Notes: generated by a model from the letters alone, not told the origin. A stretch of DNA of 64,000 nucleotides from an uncultured Clostridia bacterium (GCA_934747765.1 CAKVGZ010000002.1:3389-67388); one strand, 5' to 3'; shown: positions 26,515 through 36,839, counted from the stretch's first letter. Numbers and translations are program-made.

Positions 26515-26721
26515 TTTTTCTCCTTAAAATTAAATTTGCCAACATCATTGGCAAATTCACATGGTTCTATAATAACGTTCATCAAAAAATATGTCAAGCG
26601 TCTGAGCAAAAAACCCATAACTTTTTTGCTGTGTAAAAAGTTTTAAAAAGAATCAAAAATTTTATAAAATTGTTTATTATTTTTGTGTTTTTGATTTATA
26701 ATAATCAAAAAAGGAGAAAAA

Positions 26722-27507
26722 ATGAAAAAAATAGCAATAGTAACTGGCGCATCTTCTGGAATTGGAAAAGAATTTGCAAAACAAATAGATTCCTATGGTT
26801 TTGATGAAATTTGGGGAATTGCACTCGACCAAGAAGGTCTTGATGCTTTAAAAAATGAAAACACAACACCAGTTGTTCCTTTGGCACTGGATTTGACAGA
26901 TAATGAAAGTTTCGAACTTTTAACAGAAAAGTTGAAAAAAGAAAATCCTTCAGTTGAGCTTTTAATACACTGTAGCGGATTTGGAAAATTTGGAAGATAT
27001 GATGAAATTCCTCTCGAAGCTTCATGTAATATGATTGATTTGAATTGCAAAGGAACTGTCAAAATAACAGAGCTTGTTCTTCCATACATCCCAAAAAAAG
27101 GAAGAATAGTTGAGATTTCATCGATTTCTGCGTTCGCTCCAATTCCTTATGTCAATGTTTATGCTGCAACAAAAGCATTTTTGAAAAGTTATTCAATATC
27201 TCTAGGTGAAGAACTTAAACCAAGAAAAATTTCAGTCACCTGTGTTTGCCCTTATTGGACAAAAACTCAATTTTTTAACCGTGCAAAAACAACAGAACAC
27301 GATGTTATAACATACTATCAAGTCATGTACGATGCAAAAAAAGTTGTTAGATATGCTCTAAAATGTGCAAAAAAGAGAAAAATGTTCTCACTTTACGGAA
27401 CAACAACAAAATTTATGGCTTTCTTAACAAGAATAATCCCAACAAAAATGTTTCTTTCCATTTGGCGCAAACAACAAAATTTCAAGAAAAAATATTGGAA
27501 AAAATAA
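26722..27507 (+). CDS. short-chain dehydrogenase/reductase (SDR) family oxidoreductase
   Basis: 'VTGASSGIGKEFA' (TGxxxGxG) and 'YAATKAFL' (YxxxK). Confidence 0.85.
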   Translation: MKKIAIVTGASSGIGKEFAKQIDSYGFDEIWGIALDQEGLDALKNENTTPVVPLALDLTDNESFELLTEKLKKENPSVELLIHCSGFGKFGRYDEIPLEASCNMIDLNCKGTVKITELVLPYIPKKGRIVEISSISAFAPIPYVNVYAATKAFLKSYSISLGEELKPRKISVTCVCPYWTKTQFFNRAKTTEHDVITYYQVMYDAKKVVRYALKCAKKRKMFSLYGTTTKFMAFLTRIIPTKMFLSIWRKQQNFKKKYWKK

Positions 27508-27533
27508 TAAAACAGAGCGATTAGCTCTGTTTT

Positions 27534-27740
27534 TCATTCAAATAGTTCGTTTGGTGTTATATCAAATTCGCAACAAATTTTTATTATTATAACTGTTGGC
27601 ACAATTCGAAAACCAGTTTCCCAGTGGCTCACTTCTTTTTGACTAACTCCAAATTTTGCACCAAACTCTTCTTGTGAAAGATGATTTTGAATTCTTAATT
27701 CTCTGATATTGCCTGCCAAGTTTTTTGTATCGTATTTCAT
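27534..27740 (-). CDS. XRE-family HTH regulator (68 aa)
   Basis: 'IRELRIQNHLSQEEFGAKFGVSQKEVSHWETG'. A -10 TAAAAT lies 7 nt before the ATG and there is no SD. Confidence 0.8.
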   Translation of the reverse strand: MKYDTKNLAGNIRELRIQNHLSQEEFGAKFGVSQKEVSHWETGFRIVPTVIIIKICCEFDITPNELFE

Positions 27741-27753
27741 ATTGCATATTTTA

Positions 27754-27798
27754 TTACTTTTTGTAGTAAAAATTCTTGACTATTACTAAAAGTAGTGA
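27754..27798. promoter_or_regulatory. two palindromic operator-like sites in the divergent XRE / 60-aa gene promoter region
   Basis: TTACTTTTTGTAGTAA (27754-27769) and TTACTAAAAGTAGTGA (27783-27798) bracket and overlap TTGACT (27776-27781), 17 nt spacer, TAACAT (27799-27804). Confidence 0.5.
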
Positions 27799-27810
27799 TA
27801 ACATATCACT

Positions 27811-27993
27811 ATGGGTAATTTTTGTTCAAATATATTATGCCTTTATCATAACAATGGAAAGTGTCTTTTGAAGAACATCAGTGTTGACGAAATTGGTGTT
27901 TGCAAAGACATGATTTTGGTTACGCTAAGTAAAGAAGTTGAGAATTTAATTAAAAACGAAACGAATAAGGCATTAAAAAATCTCGAAAAATAA
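27811..27993 (+). CDS. small Cys-rich protein (60 aa), DUF1540-like pattern
   Basis: 'CSNILCLYHNNGKCLLKNISVDEIGVCKDM' loosely resembles the C..x.C.yN..g.C.a..I.V pattern. The ATG lies 6 nt after the -10 (leaderless). Confidence 0.4.
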   Translation: MGNFCSNILCLYHNNGKCLLKNISVDEIGVCKDMILVTLSKEVENLIKNETNKALKNLEK

Positions 27994-28023
27994 ACAAAAT
28001 TTGGCAAACAATCTTAATTACAT

Positions 28024-28057
28024 AAAAAACCAGTTGGTTCGGTCAACTGGTTTTTTT
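28024..28057. terminator. bidirectional intrinsic terminator downstream of tuf and of the 60-aa gene
   Basis: 8-bp stem ACCAGTTG/CAACTGGT flanked by an A-run and a T7 run. Confidence 0.8.
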
Positions 28058-28093
28058 AAATTAATTTTAATTGTTCGGTGATTAAAACTAACA

Positions 28094-29296
28094 TTATTTA
28101 ATAATTTGTGATACAACACCTGAACCAACAGTTCTTCCGCCTTCACGAATAGCGAAACGAAGTCCTTGTTCGATAGCAATTGGTGTTATAAGTTTGATTG
28201 TCATGCTAACGTTATCGCCTGGCATAACCATTTCAACGCCTTGTGGAAGTTCAATTGTTCCAGTAACGTCTGTTGTTCTGAAATAGAATTGAGGTCTGTA
28301 ACCATTGAAGAATGGTGTATGACGTCCGCCTTCTTCTTTCTTAAGAACGTAAACTTCAGCTGTGAATTCTGTGTGTGGGTGAATTGAACCTGGTTTGCAG
28401 AGAACTTGTCCTCTTTCAATTTCTTGACGAGTGATTCCTCTAAGAAGAACACCAATGTTATCTCCAGCTTGAGCTTCATCAAGAAGTTTTCTAAACATTT
28501 CAACACCAGTTACAACTGTTTGTTTTTGTGCACCAAGACCAACAATTTCAACTGTGTCACCAACTTTAACAACACCTCTTTCAACTCTACCTGTTGCAAC
28601 AGTTCCACGACCTGTGATTGTGAAAACGTCTTCAACTGGCATCAAGAAAGGTTTGTCTGTTTCACGAGCTGGGTCTGGGATGTAAGAATCGATTGTGTCA
28701 AGCAATTCTTGGATTGGTTTCAACCATTCGCTTCCCAAATCGTTTGCATCGCAAGCTTCGTTTGCTTTCAAAGCAGAACCTTTGATGATTGGAGTTGTGT
28801 CGCCAGGGAATCCATAAGATGATAATAAATCACGGATTTCCATTTCAACAAGTTCCAAGAGTTCTGGATCGTCAACTTGGTCAACTTTGTTCATGAAAAC
28901 AACGATGTATGGAACACCAACTTGACGAGCAAGCAAAATGTGTTCTCTTGTTTGAGGCATTGGACCATCAGCTGCAGAAACAACCAAGATAGCGCCGTCC
29001 ATTTGAGCAGCACCAGTGATCATGTTTTTAACATAGTCAGCGTGTCCTGGGCAGTCAACGTGGGCATAGTGACGTTTCTTTGTTTTGTATTCAACGTGAG
29101 CAGTGTTGATGGTGATACCTCTTGCTTTTTCTTCTGGTGCTTTGTCGATTTCATCATATTTCATAGCATCAGCAAGTCCAAGCATACTGCTGTAACGGCA
29201 GATAGCCGCTGTTAATGTGGTCTTACCATGGTCAACGTGGCCGATCGTACCAATGTTAACGTGTGTCAAAGACCTATCAAATTTTTCCTTTGCCAT
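28094..29296 (-). CDS. tuf: elongation factor Tu
   Basis: '[10 protein letters not shown]', 'DCPGHADY' and 'NKVD'; 400 aa. Confidence 0.98.
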   Translation of the reverse strand: MAKEKFDRSLTHVNIGTIGHVDHGKTTLTAAICRYSSMLGLADAMKYDEIDKAPEEKARGITINTAHVEYKTKKRHYAHVDCPGHADYVKNMITGAAQMDGAILVVSAADGPMPQTREHILLARQVGVPYIVVFMNKVDQVDDPELLELVEMEIRDLLSSYGFPGDTTPIIKGSALKANEACDANDLGSEWLKPIQELLDTIDSYIPDPARETDKPFLMPVEDVFTITGRGTVATGRVERGVVKVGDTVEIVGLGAQKQTVVTGVEMFRKLLDEAQAGDNIGVLLRGITRQEIERGQVLCKPGSIHPHTEFTAEVYVLKKEEGGRHTPFFNGYRPQFYFRTTDVTGTIELPQGVEMVMPGDNVSMTIKLITPIAIEQGLRFAIREGGRTVGSGVVSQIIK

Positions 29297-29381
29297 TTTA
29301 AATTCTCCTTATAAAATTTTTGTATTTGTTAATACGATTGCATATTAACATATTTAAAAACATTTTGCAAACGTTTTTAAC

Positions 29382-31454
29382 CTATTTTTTTGCTCTTTCG
29401 CCAACGATTTTTTCAGTAATCGATTTTGGAACTTCTTGATATTTAAGAGGTTCCATAACGAAAGTTCCACGTCCTTGAGTTTGTGAACGAAGGTCTGTTG
29501 CATAACCAAACATTTCTGCAAGAGGAACTTCAGCATTGATTCTTTGAATTCCAGGAATTGTGTCATTTCCAAGCAAAATTCCTCTTCTGCTTGTGAGGTT
29601 GCCCATAACTGTTCCAAGGTATTCGTCTGGAACTTCAACAGTAACTTTCATGATTGGTTCCAAGAGAACAGGGTTTGCTTTTGAAGCACCATCTTTAAAT
29701 GCCATAGAACCAGCAATTTTGAAGGCCATTTCTGAAGAGTCAACTTCGTGGAATGAACCGTCATAAACAGTAACTCTGAAGTCAACTGTTTCGTATCCAG
29801 CAAGCACACCAGACATTCTGGCTTCTTTGATACCATTGTTGATTGGTTGAATGTATTCTTTAGGAATTGAACCACCAACTGTTTTGTCAACAAATTCGTA
29901 TCCAGCGCCTCTTTCAAGAGGTTCCATTTCAATCAAGCAGTGACCATATTGACCTTTACCACCAGATTGACGAATATATTTACCTTCAGCTTTAACAGGT
30001 TTTGTTATTGTTTCACGATATGAAACTTGTGGTTGACCAACATTAGCTTCAACTTTGAATTCACGAAGAAGACGGTCAACAATAATTTCAAGGTGAAGTT
30101 CACCCATTCCTGCAATAAGAGTTTGTCCTGTTTCAGTGTTTGTTGAAACACGGAATGAAGGATCTTCTCTCGAAAGTTTTCCAAGAGCCAAAGCCATTTT
30201 TTCTTGCATATCTTTTGTTTTTGGCTCAATAGCAAGTTGAATAACAGGTTCTGGGAAATTCATGCTTTCAAGTTGAATTGGGTGTTTTTCGTCGCAAAGA
30301 GTGTGCCCTGTAATTGTGTCTTTAAGACCAACAATTGCAGCAATATCTCCTGCTCCAACTTCTTGAATTTCTGTTCTGTTGTTTGCGTGCATTCTGATCA
30401 AACGACCAACTCTTTCAGTTTTTCCTGTGATGGAGTTGTAAACGTATGACCCAGCTTTCAAAACACCACTGTAAACACGGAAGAATGTCAATCCGCCAAC
30501 AAATGGGTCTGTTGCAATTTTAAATGCAAGACCTGCAAATGGAGCGTTCACATCTGCTTCTCTTGTTTCTTCTTTTTCAGTATCAGGGTTAATTCCCTTA
30601 ATTGCTTCGATGTCAAGAGGAGATGGAAGATAATCAACCATTGCATCCAAAAGGTTTTGAACACCTTTGTTTTTGTAAGATGAACCGCAAAGCATAGGAG
30701 TAACTTTCTTGGCGATAGTTGCTTTTCTAATTGCTTTTTTAAGTTCGTCAAGTGAAATTTCTTCACCTTCAAAATATCTTTCCAAAAGAGCATCGTCAGT
30801 TTCAACAATTGCTTCAATCAAAGCATCATGTCTTTTTTGAGCTTCAGCTTTGTATTCTTCTGGAATTTCAACTTCATCAATAATTTTCCCCATGTCGTCT
30901 TCTGGAAGGTAAGCTTTCATTTTCAAGAGGTCAATAACTCCTTGGAAATCTTCAGCCATTCCAATAGGCATTTGAAGAGGAAGAGGTGTTGTGTGAAGTC
31001 TATCTCTAACAGAATCAACACATTTGTCGAAATAAGCGTCATCTCTATCCATTTTGTTAACGTAGATGATAACAGGAACTTTACATTCCGTTGCTTGACG
31101 CCAAACAGTTTCTGTTTGAGGTTGAACTTTGTCTCTGGCGCTTAAAACCAAAACTGCACCATCGAGAACTTTCAAAGAACGAAGAACTTCAATTGTGAAG
31201 TCAACGTGTCCAGGAGTGTCGATGATGTTAATTTTGTGACCGTTCCATTGGCAAGTTGTGCAAGCAGAAGTGATTGTGATACCTCTTTCTTGTTCTTGAG
31301 CCATCCAGTCCATTGTTGCTTGACCATCGTGAACTTCGCCAATTTTGTGGCTTTTTCCAGTGTAGAATAAAATTCTTTCGGTGGTTGTTGTTTTACCAGC
31401 ATCAATGTGCGCCATGATTCCAACGTTTCTTGTTAAACGTAAATCTTCAGCCAT
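29382..31454 (-). CDS. fusA: elongation factor G
   Basis: '[15 protein letters not shown]', 'DTPGHVDF' and 'NKMD'; 690 aa. Confidence 0.98.
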   Translation of the reverse strand: MAEDLRLTRNVGIMAHIDAGKTTTTERILFYTGKSHKIGEVHDGQATMDWMAQEQERGITITSACTTCQWNGHKINIIDTPGHVDFTIEVLRSLKVLDGAVLVLSARDKVQPQTETVWRQATECKVPVIIYVNKMDRDDAYFDKCVDSVRDRLHTTPLPLQMPIGMAEDFQGVIDLLKMKAYLPEDDMGKIIDEVEIPEEYKAEAQKRHDALIEAIVETDDALLERYFEGEEISLDELKKAIRKATIAKKVTPMLCGSSYKNKGVQNLLDAMVDYLPSPLDIEAIKGINPDTEKEETREADVNAPFAGLAFKIATDPFVGGLTFFRVYSGVLKAGSYVYNSITGKTERVGRLIRMHANNRTEIQEVGAGDIAAIVGLKDTITGHTLCDEKHPIQLESMNFPEPVIQLAIEPKTKDMQEKMALALGKLSREDPSFRVSTNTETGQTLIAGMGELHLEIIVDRLLREFKVEANVGQPQVSYRETITKPVKAEGKYIRQSGGKGQYGHCLIEMEPLERGAGYEFVDKTVGGSIPKEYIQPINNGIKEARMSGVLAGYETVDFRVTVYDGSFHEVDSSEMAFKIAGSMAFKDGASKANPVLLEPIMKVTVEVPDEYLGTVMGNLTSRRGILLGNDTIPGIQRINAEVPLAEMFGYATDLRSQTQGRGTFVMEPLKYQEVPKSITEKIVGERAKK

Positions 31455-31536
31455 TTTTTTCTCCTTATTTTTTAATTATGATAATAATTTTTGGATTTAA
31501 TCCATTTAAAATGTTTTAAATAAGATATTCAATATC

Positions 31537-32010
31537 CTACCAACGATAATGAGCAAAAGCTTTGTTTGCTTCAGCCATTCTGTGCATTTCTTCTTTTCTC
31601 TTAACAGATGCACCAGTGTTGTTGTAAGCATCAACTAATTCTCCAGCAAGTCTTTCTTCCATTGTTCTTTCACCATTACGTTTTCTTGCAAAAGTTACAA
31701 TCCAACGAATAGCCAATGTTTGACGTCTGTCTGGACGAATTTCCATAGGAACTTGATATGTTGCACCACCAACTCTTCTACCTTTGGTTTCGAGAAGAGG
31801 TTTAACATTTTCAAGTGCTTGGTTTAAAGCATCAAGTGGTTCAAGTCCCAATTTTTCTTTAATAATGTCAAATGCGCCATAAACAATTGATTGCGCTAAG
31901 CCCTTCTTTCCGTCTAACATAACTTGGTTGATAAGTTTTGTAACAAGTTTGCTGTTATACATTGGATCAGGAAGAACATCTCTTTTGACAGCACTATTTC
32001 TTCTTGGCAT
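31537..32010 (-). CDS. rpsG: 30S ribosomal protein S7
   Basis: '[28 protein letters not shown]...'; 157 aa. Confidence 0.97.
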   Translation of the reverse strand: MPRRNSAVKRDVLPDPMYNSKLVTKLINQVMLDGKKGLAQSIVYGAFDIIKEKLGLEPLDALNQALENVKPLLETKGRRVGGATYQVPMEIRPDRRQTLAIRWIVTFARKRNGERTMEERLAGELVDAYNNTGASVKRKEEMHRMAEANKAFAHYRW

Positions 32011-32037
32011 ATTATTCTCCTTTTCTAGATTTTAAAA

Positions 32038-32409
32038 TTATTTAGGGCGTTTAGCGCCATATTTTGAACGGCTTTGATTGCGTTTTGCAACCCCAGCAGC
32101 ATCAAGTGTTCCACGAACAATGTGATAACGAACACCTGGAAGGTCTTTAACTCTTCCGCCTCTAACCAAAACAACACTGTGTTCTTGGAGGTTGTGCCCA
32201 ATTCCTGGAATGTAAACAGTTGCTTCACTTCTGTTTGACAATCTAACACGGGCAATTTTACGAAGCGCTGAGTTAGGTTTTTTAGGGCTTGTTGTTTTAA
32301 CTGAAAGACAAACACCACGTTTTTGAGGACATTCGTTTAAGAGAGGTGATTTGCTCTTTTCGTCAAAACTTTTTCTTCCCTTTCTAACCAATTGGTTGAT
32401 TGTTGGCAT
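32038..32409 (-). CDS. rpsL: 30S ribosomal protein S12
   Basis: '[13 protein letters not shown]...[16 protein letters not shown]'. Confidence 0.97.
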   Translation of the reverse strand: MPTINQLVRKGRKSFDEKSKSPLLNECPQKRGVCLSVKTTSPKKPNSALRKIARVRLSNRSEATVYIPGIGHNLQEHSVVLVRGGRVKDLPGVRYHIVRGTLDAAGVAKRNQSRSKYGAKRPK

Positions 32410-32454
32410 AGTTTTCTCCTTTTAAGATTTTTTCAAATCATATTGCTTTTGGCA

Positions 32455-32655
32455 ACAAAAAACGAACTTGCTTTTTGGGCAAGTTCGATAAACGTCATAA
32501 AAAACTTTTTTAGAATTTCAGGTGCAGATTTCAGTCATTTCGACTCGACCTTAAAATCCCAAAGCCTTTCGACTCCCCACAGATAATTTCTGCAGTTCAA
32601 CTTGCTTTTGCCAAATTGCTGGTGCAATTCTAACACATATGCGCAAGTTTGTCAA
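32455..32655 (-). promoter_or_regulatory. promoter plus ~165-nt structured leader ending in an intrinsic terminator, upstream of rpsL
   Basis: TTGACA (32650-32655), 17 nt spacer, TAGAAT (32627-32632). The terminator is CGAACTTGC/GCAAGTTCG (32463-32487) plus U6. The 5' segment GCAAGUU (32599-32605) can pair with the left arm of the terminator. Confidence 0.5.
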
Positions 32656-32692
32656 CGATTTTGAACAAAAAAAGTTGGCAACTATGTCAACT

Positions 32693-33733
32693 TTATTTTG
32701 CATTTTTAACAATGATTTCCACAATCTTTTTGTTAGGATTTGAAAACGAATTTGCTTTGATGTTTTTTTGCAAATTGGAGATGTCCTTTTCAAGATTGGT
32801 TATGGATTCAACAAATTTTTGGTCGGTCATTTCTTCTTGCATCAGCACATGACACATTCCTTTTTCTTCAAAATATTTTGCATTGTCAATTTGGTCTCCT
32901 CTGCTTTCACTCTTTGGAAGTGGAATCAAAAGCGCAGGCTTTCCAAGTGACAAAATTTCGAATATCGAATTTGCTCCTGCTCTGGACACAATCATGTCGG
33001 CGCCAGCAAAATAATTTTCAATCTCACTTGTATATTCAACTGGGAAATAATCTTTCATTTTGACATCTTTCATCTTCCCTTTCCCAGTTATGTGAAGAAC
33101 GTTGTATTTTCGCGTGAGCACTTGCAAATTTGAAACAACTTTCTCGTTTATGGCTTTAGCACCCAAACTTCCGCCAAAGAAAAGAATCGTTTTTTTGGAC
33201 GGATTTAAATTTAATTTCAAATTTTCTTTTTTGCCTTTTGAAATTTGATTTCTAATCGGTGACCCACTCCAAACAAATTTCTTTTTTCCTTCTGCAGTTC
33301 TTTCAAACGCTGTAAGCGTCAAATTTGAATAATGCGAAATTATTTTGTTCGCCAGCCCAAGCGACAAATCCGATTCATGAGTTAGAACAGGAATCCCCAA
33401 CTTTTTCCCAGCAATTGCCACAGGAATTGAAACATATCCCCCTTTTGAAAAAATAACGTTTGGCGATATGTTTTTTAAAGTTTTTTTGGCTTTTTTGATT
33501 GAAGAAAAAAGTTTGAAAGGAATGGCAAAATTTTTCATGGTCAAACTTCTAACAAATTTTACACATGGAATTTCATAAAATTCAAGACCTTCTTTCTTTG
33601 CAAGGTCTTTTTCAATTCCGCTTGAACCTATGTACACAATTCTGTCAAAATGTTTTTTAAGTTCTGGAATAAGTGCCAAATTTGGCATCACGTGTCCGGC
33701 TGTTCCCCCGCCAGTTAAAACAATTGTCTTCAT
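32693..33733 (-). CDS. murG: undecaprenyldiphospho-muramoylpentapeptide beta-N-acetylglucosaminyltransferase
   Basis: 'LTGGGTAGHVMPNLAL' and 'GGSLGA'; 346 aa. Confidence 0.93.
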   Translation of the reverse strand: MKTIVLTGGGTAGHVMPNLALIPELKKHFDRIVYIGSSGIEKDLAKKEGLEFYEIPCVKFVRSLTMKNFAIPFKLFSSIKKAKKTLKNISPNVIFSKGGYVSIPVAIAGKKLGIPVLTHESDLSLGLANKIISHYSNLTLTAFERTAEGKKKFVWSGSPIRNQISKGKKENLKLNLNPSKKTILFFGGSLGAKAINEKVVSNLQVLTRKYNVLHITGKGKMKDVKMKDYFPVEYTSEIENYFAGADMIVSRAGANSIFEILSLGKPALLIPLPKSESRGDQIDNAKYFEEKGMCHVLMQEEMTDQKFVESITNLEKDISNLQKNIKANSFSNPNKKIVEIIVKNAK

Positions 33734-33775
33734 GTTTTTATGATATGTATTTATATAATCATTTATACAATAACA

Positions 33776-34150
33776 TCATTGTTCAATTTTTTTATAACTG
33801 TCAATTTTGGGAATTTCTTCTTTGACCTCACTTTTTTCCAAAAGTTTTATTAAGGGCTCAAATTTCGAAAACTCTGGCGATAAAGATGCAATTTGAGAAA
33901 TTAAGTTTTCTGTTTTAACTTTCTTTCCTCCCTTAAAGAGTGCAAGAAGCGGAAGAATCTTTGAAAGACATGCAAGTGGATTCTGGTTGCAACTTGTGCA
34001 ATCAGATTTTTGATCACAATCAACCACATTGGTTTTTTGAAAATCAGTTGAAAAATCATCTGGATACAAGTTCTGCCCGGACGGTTTTGCTTCATTTTTT
34101 TCACAATTAAGCATTGATGAAAACTGAGATAAAAGATTGTTAAAATCCAT
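33776..34150 (-). CDS. hypothetical protein (124 aa)
   Basis: Intact ORF with a weak SD (AGGA). Cys-rich centre. No motif recognised. Confidence 0.45.
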   Translation of the reverse strand: MDFNNLLSQFSSMLNCEKNEAKPSGQNLYPDDFSTDFQKTNVVDCDQKSDCTSCNQNPLACLSKILPLLALFKGGKKVKTENLISQIASLSPEFSKFEPLIKLLEKSEVKEEIPKIDSYKKIEQ

Positions 34151-34219
34151 ACATTTTCCTATTAAACATTATATATATATGATTTCATATAATATTTTAG
34201 TTAATAAATTGGAGGTAAA

Positions 34220-34519
34220 ATGTCAAAAAGTCTTTTTGAATATGCATCATCAGAAAAAAGTAATAAGGTGGAACAGAAAATAGAAACAAAATCCAAAACA
34301 GAAAATATAAGCGAAGAAAACTTGAAAAAACAATATGATAAATATTCCAAACTTTCTGAAAGGGAACTTATGAGCGAACTTTTTTCTGAAGTTAATAAAC
34401 AAAAAATGAACGGAAGTTTCAATTTCCAAGACTTGGCAAACAAAATTGAAGACATTCGTCCAATGCTTTCCGACCAACAACTTAAAAATTTAGACAACCT
34501 TTTGAAACAAATTAAATAA
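34220..34519 (+). CDS. hypothetical K/E-rich protein (99 aa)
   Basis: Strong SD (TTGGAGGTAAA). Preferred over the antisense ORF 34201-34542. Confidence 0.55.
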   Translation: MSKSLFEYASSEKSNKVEQKIETKSKTENISEENLKKQYDKYSKLSERELMSELFSEVNKQKMNGSFNFQDLANKIEDIRPMLSDQQLKNLDNLLKQIK

Positions 34520-34544
34520 ACTGATAAAAAGAGAGAATGCACCT

Positions 34545-35678
34545 ATGAAAAATTTAAATAAAATTGACAAAACACTTTTCAAAGTTCTGAGTCTGAATTT
34601 GGATAAAAAAGTTGAATGCATCGCATATGTCAGCGATTTTTCAAAAGCAAAAAAATATTTTAAAACGGAAGAAATAATAAAAGAATTTCCTTTCATAAAT
34701 GCTCTTGCTTTGGAAATAAATTCCAATAAGTTAATAGAAATTTGTAATCACAGTTGGATAAAAAATATAACAAAAGGTGCAAACGTTCTTGCACTGATGA
34801 ATGTTTCAAGAAAAATTCTTAGAACAGAAAACTCAAATTTAACAGGAAAAGACGTCACAATTGCCTACATCGACACTGGAATTGCTTCTCACCTCGACTT
34901 TTGTTTAAAACAAAATCGAATAATAAAATTTGTTGACCTCGTAAATGGCAAAAAACGAAATTATGACGATAATGGACATGGAACTTTCGTTTCTGGAGTG
35001 GGAAGCGGAAATGGAATAATGAGTGGCGGAAAATATTCTGGAATTGCTCCCAACTCAAATATAGTTTCCATAAAAGCCCTAAATCACAACGGCGAGGCAA
35101 ATGCAGTAACAATTCTTGATGCGATGCAGTGGGTTTTTGATAACGCAAAAAAATATAACATAAAAGTTGTGTGCATGAGTTTTGGAAGTGAACCTCTTGG
35201 AAATAATGACCCAATTATGAAAGGTGCTGAAGTTTTGTGGAACAGAGGAATAACAATGGTTGCCGCCGCCGGAAACAGTGGTCCAGAATTCGAAACAATC
35301 AAATCACCAGGAATAAGTCCTAAAATAATCACAGTTGGCGGAATCAACGACAATCGCGATGAGAATGGCAATTATGATAAAAACAAGTTCACCATAGCCT
35401 CGTTTTCATCTCGAGGACCAGCGCTCAGAAGATTTAAGCCCGACCTCGTCGCTCCAAGCGTAAACATAACATCTTGCTCGTTCCACCCAGAAAAAATGTA
35501 CACTGTTATGAATGGAACAAGCGTTGCCACGCCAATGATTGCAGGGCTGAGCGCATTGCTACTAGAAAAAGACCCACGAATGGGTCCCGACCAAGTCAAG
35601 CAAAAATTGATGTCAATTTCCTCTGGAATAACCTTTAATCGCAATTTGGAAGGGGTTGGTCTTCCATCTTTGCCGTAA
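34545..35678 (+). CDS. subtilisin-like (S8) serine protease
   Basis: Catalytic triad contexts 'AYIDTGI' (D), 'DDNGHGTFVSG' (H) and 'MNGTSVATPMIAG' (S). Confidence 0.88.
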   Translation: MKNLNKIDKTLFKVLSLNLDKKVECIAYVSDFSKAKKYFKTEEIIKEFPFINALALEINSNKLIEICNHSWIKNITKGANVLALMNVSRKILRTENSNLTGKDVTIAYIDTGIASHLDFCLKQNRIIKFVDLVNGKKRNYDDNGHGTFVSGVGSGNGIMSGGKYSGIAPNSNIVSIKALNHNGEANAVTILDAMQWVFDNAKKYNIKVVCMSFGSEPLGNNDPIMKGAEVLWNRGITMVAAAGNSGPEFETIKSPGISPKIITVGGINDNRDENGNYDKNKFTIASFSSRGPALRRFKPDLVAPSVNITSCSFHPEKMYTVMNGTSVATPMIAGLSALLLEKDPRMGPDQVKQKLMSISSGITFNRNLEGVGLPSLP

Positions 35679-36204
35679 AATAGGTTAACATTTTAATTCC
35701 ATATCTTTTTTGTGCCAAAGTTTCATAACTTTCAGCCACAATCTCACTTTTGCTTTCATGTTCGCAAATTATAATTGCGTCATCATTCAGCAAATCATTT
35801 TCCAACAAAAGCGCCATTGCTCTTGCATAATATTCACTTTTGTAGGGTGGGTCTAAATAAACAAAATCAAATTTTTCAACCATTCTGCTCAATGCCGAAA
35901 TGTAGTCCGAAAAAATGAGTTCATAGTTTTCCTTGTCAATTTTGCAATTTTCCAAATTGCTTTTTATTATCTCAAAGTTTCTCCTATCTTTCTCCACAAA
36001 AACAACTTTGTTTGCCCCTCTTGAAAGTGCCTCAATTCCAACACTCCCACTTCCAGCAAACAAATCCAAAAAAGTCGCCCCCTCCAAACCAAACTGTATC
36101 TTAGAAAAAAGTGCTTCCCTAACCACACTTGCTGTTGGGCGAGTTTTTTCATTAGACAAAAAATTAATATTTCTGTTTTTGTATTTTCCTGCAATAACTT
36201 TCAT
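35635..36204 (-). CDS. rsmD: 16S rRNA (guanine966-N2)-methyltransferase RsmD
   Basis: 'TRPTASVVREALFS', 'LDLFAGSGSVGIEALSRGA' and 'YLDPPY'. The 3' end overlaps the convergent protease gene by 44 nt. Confidence 0.88.
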   Translation of the reverse strand: MKVIAGKYKNRNINFLSNEKTRPTASVVREALFSKIQFGLEGATFLDLFAGSGSVGIEALSRGANKVVFVEKDRRNFEIIKSNLENCKIDKENYELIFSDYISALSRMVEKFDFVYLDPPYKSEYYARAMALLLENDLLNDDAIIICEHESKSEIVAESYETLAQKRYGIKMLTYFTAKMEDQPLPNCD

Positions 36205-36296
36205 ATTCTAACTTTAGCACATCCCTTGTCCATTTCAATCCAATTTTTCAAAAAAAATGAGGCTTCCTACCTCATTTTTACATTTAATAATGGTTT

Positions 36297-36728
36297 TTAT
36301 GGCTCTAACTCTCCTTTGATCCCTAACTCTCTTTTGATCTCTAAATCTCGAATGATTTCCCTTAAAATGGCTTTATCAAGAGTACTCATTTCTGTTTTAT
36401 TTGATTCCAAATATCCAGAATACGATTCAAGATTTTTATCATAACCCTTAAAAGCCAATTCACAAATCATTTGACCAGAAGTCTTTGCCTCCACAATCAT
36501 TTGATTCGTTCCATTATTAGATTTTTCATTTTCTAAAACAAAGGCACCACCCGGGAAGATATATGCTCTACTCATGTGATTTCTTTGTTCGTCGGTAAAT
36601 TTTTCCCAACAACTTTCAACTTTTCGTACCAAGTTTGTAGGAGACGCATGGGAACAACCCTCCATCAACCAGTCGACATTTATTCCATACTCCTCCTCCA
36701 TTTGCTGTTCAATTTCTGCACCTTTCAT
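36297..36728 (-). CDS. hypothetical protein (143 aa) divergent from an XRE regulator
   Basis: Intact ORF. The C-terminal 18 codons are encoded by three tandem 18-bp repeats (36305-36358). No motif recognised. Confidence 0.5.
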   Translation of the reverse strand: MKGAEIEQQMEEEYGINVDWLMEGCSHASPTNLVRKVESCWEKFTDEQRNHMSRAYIFPGGAFVLENEKSNNGTNQMIVEAKTSGQMICELAFKGYDKNLESYSGYLESNKTEMSTLDKAILREIIRDLEIKRELGIKGELEP

Positions 36729-36783
36729 ATTTTTCTCTCCTTTTGTAAGTTAGACATTGCCCCTAACTTGATTAAAAGTATAT

Positions 36784-36801
36784 CACTAAGATTTCTTAGT
36801 G
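36784..36801. promoter_or_regulatory. perfect 18-bp palindrome (operator candidate) between the divergent genes
   Basis: CACTAAGA-TT-TCTTAGTG. Confidence 0.5.
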
Positions 36802-36839
36802 TCAAGTATTTTACTAAAAAAACTTTATAAAATATAATC

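Noticed and set aside
32392-32793. ORFs 32392-32586 (+, 64 aa) and 32551-32793 (-, 80 aa) in the murG-rpsL intergenic region.
   Set aside because: Neither has an SD. The minus-strand ORF would start inside murG and run through the promoter. The region is better explained as a non-coding leader.
34201-34542. 113-aa minus-strand ORF opposite the 99-aa plus-strand ORF.
   Set aside because: The plus-strand ORF has a strong SD (TTGGAGGTAAA) and plausible K/E-rich helical composition. The minus-strand translation is F/L/S/C-rich with no SD.
35635-35678. 44-nt tail-to-tail overlap of rsmD and the S8 protease gene as evidence of a mis-assembly or frameshift.
   Set aside because: Both proteins look complete through their conserved motifs, and the overlapping tails are non-conserved extensions. 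Convergent overlaps of this size occur naturally.
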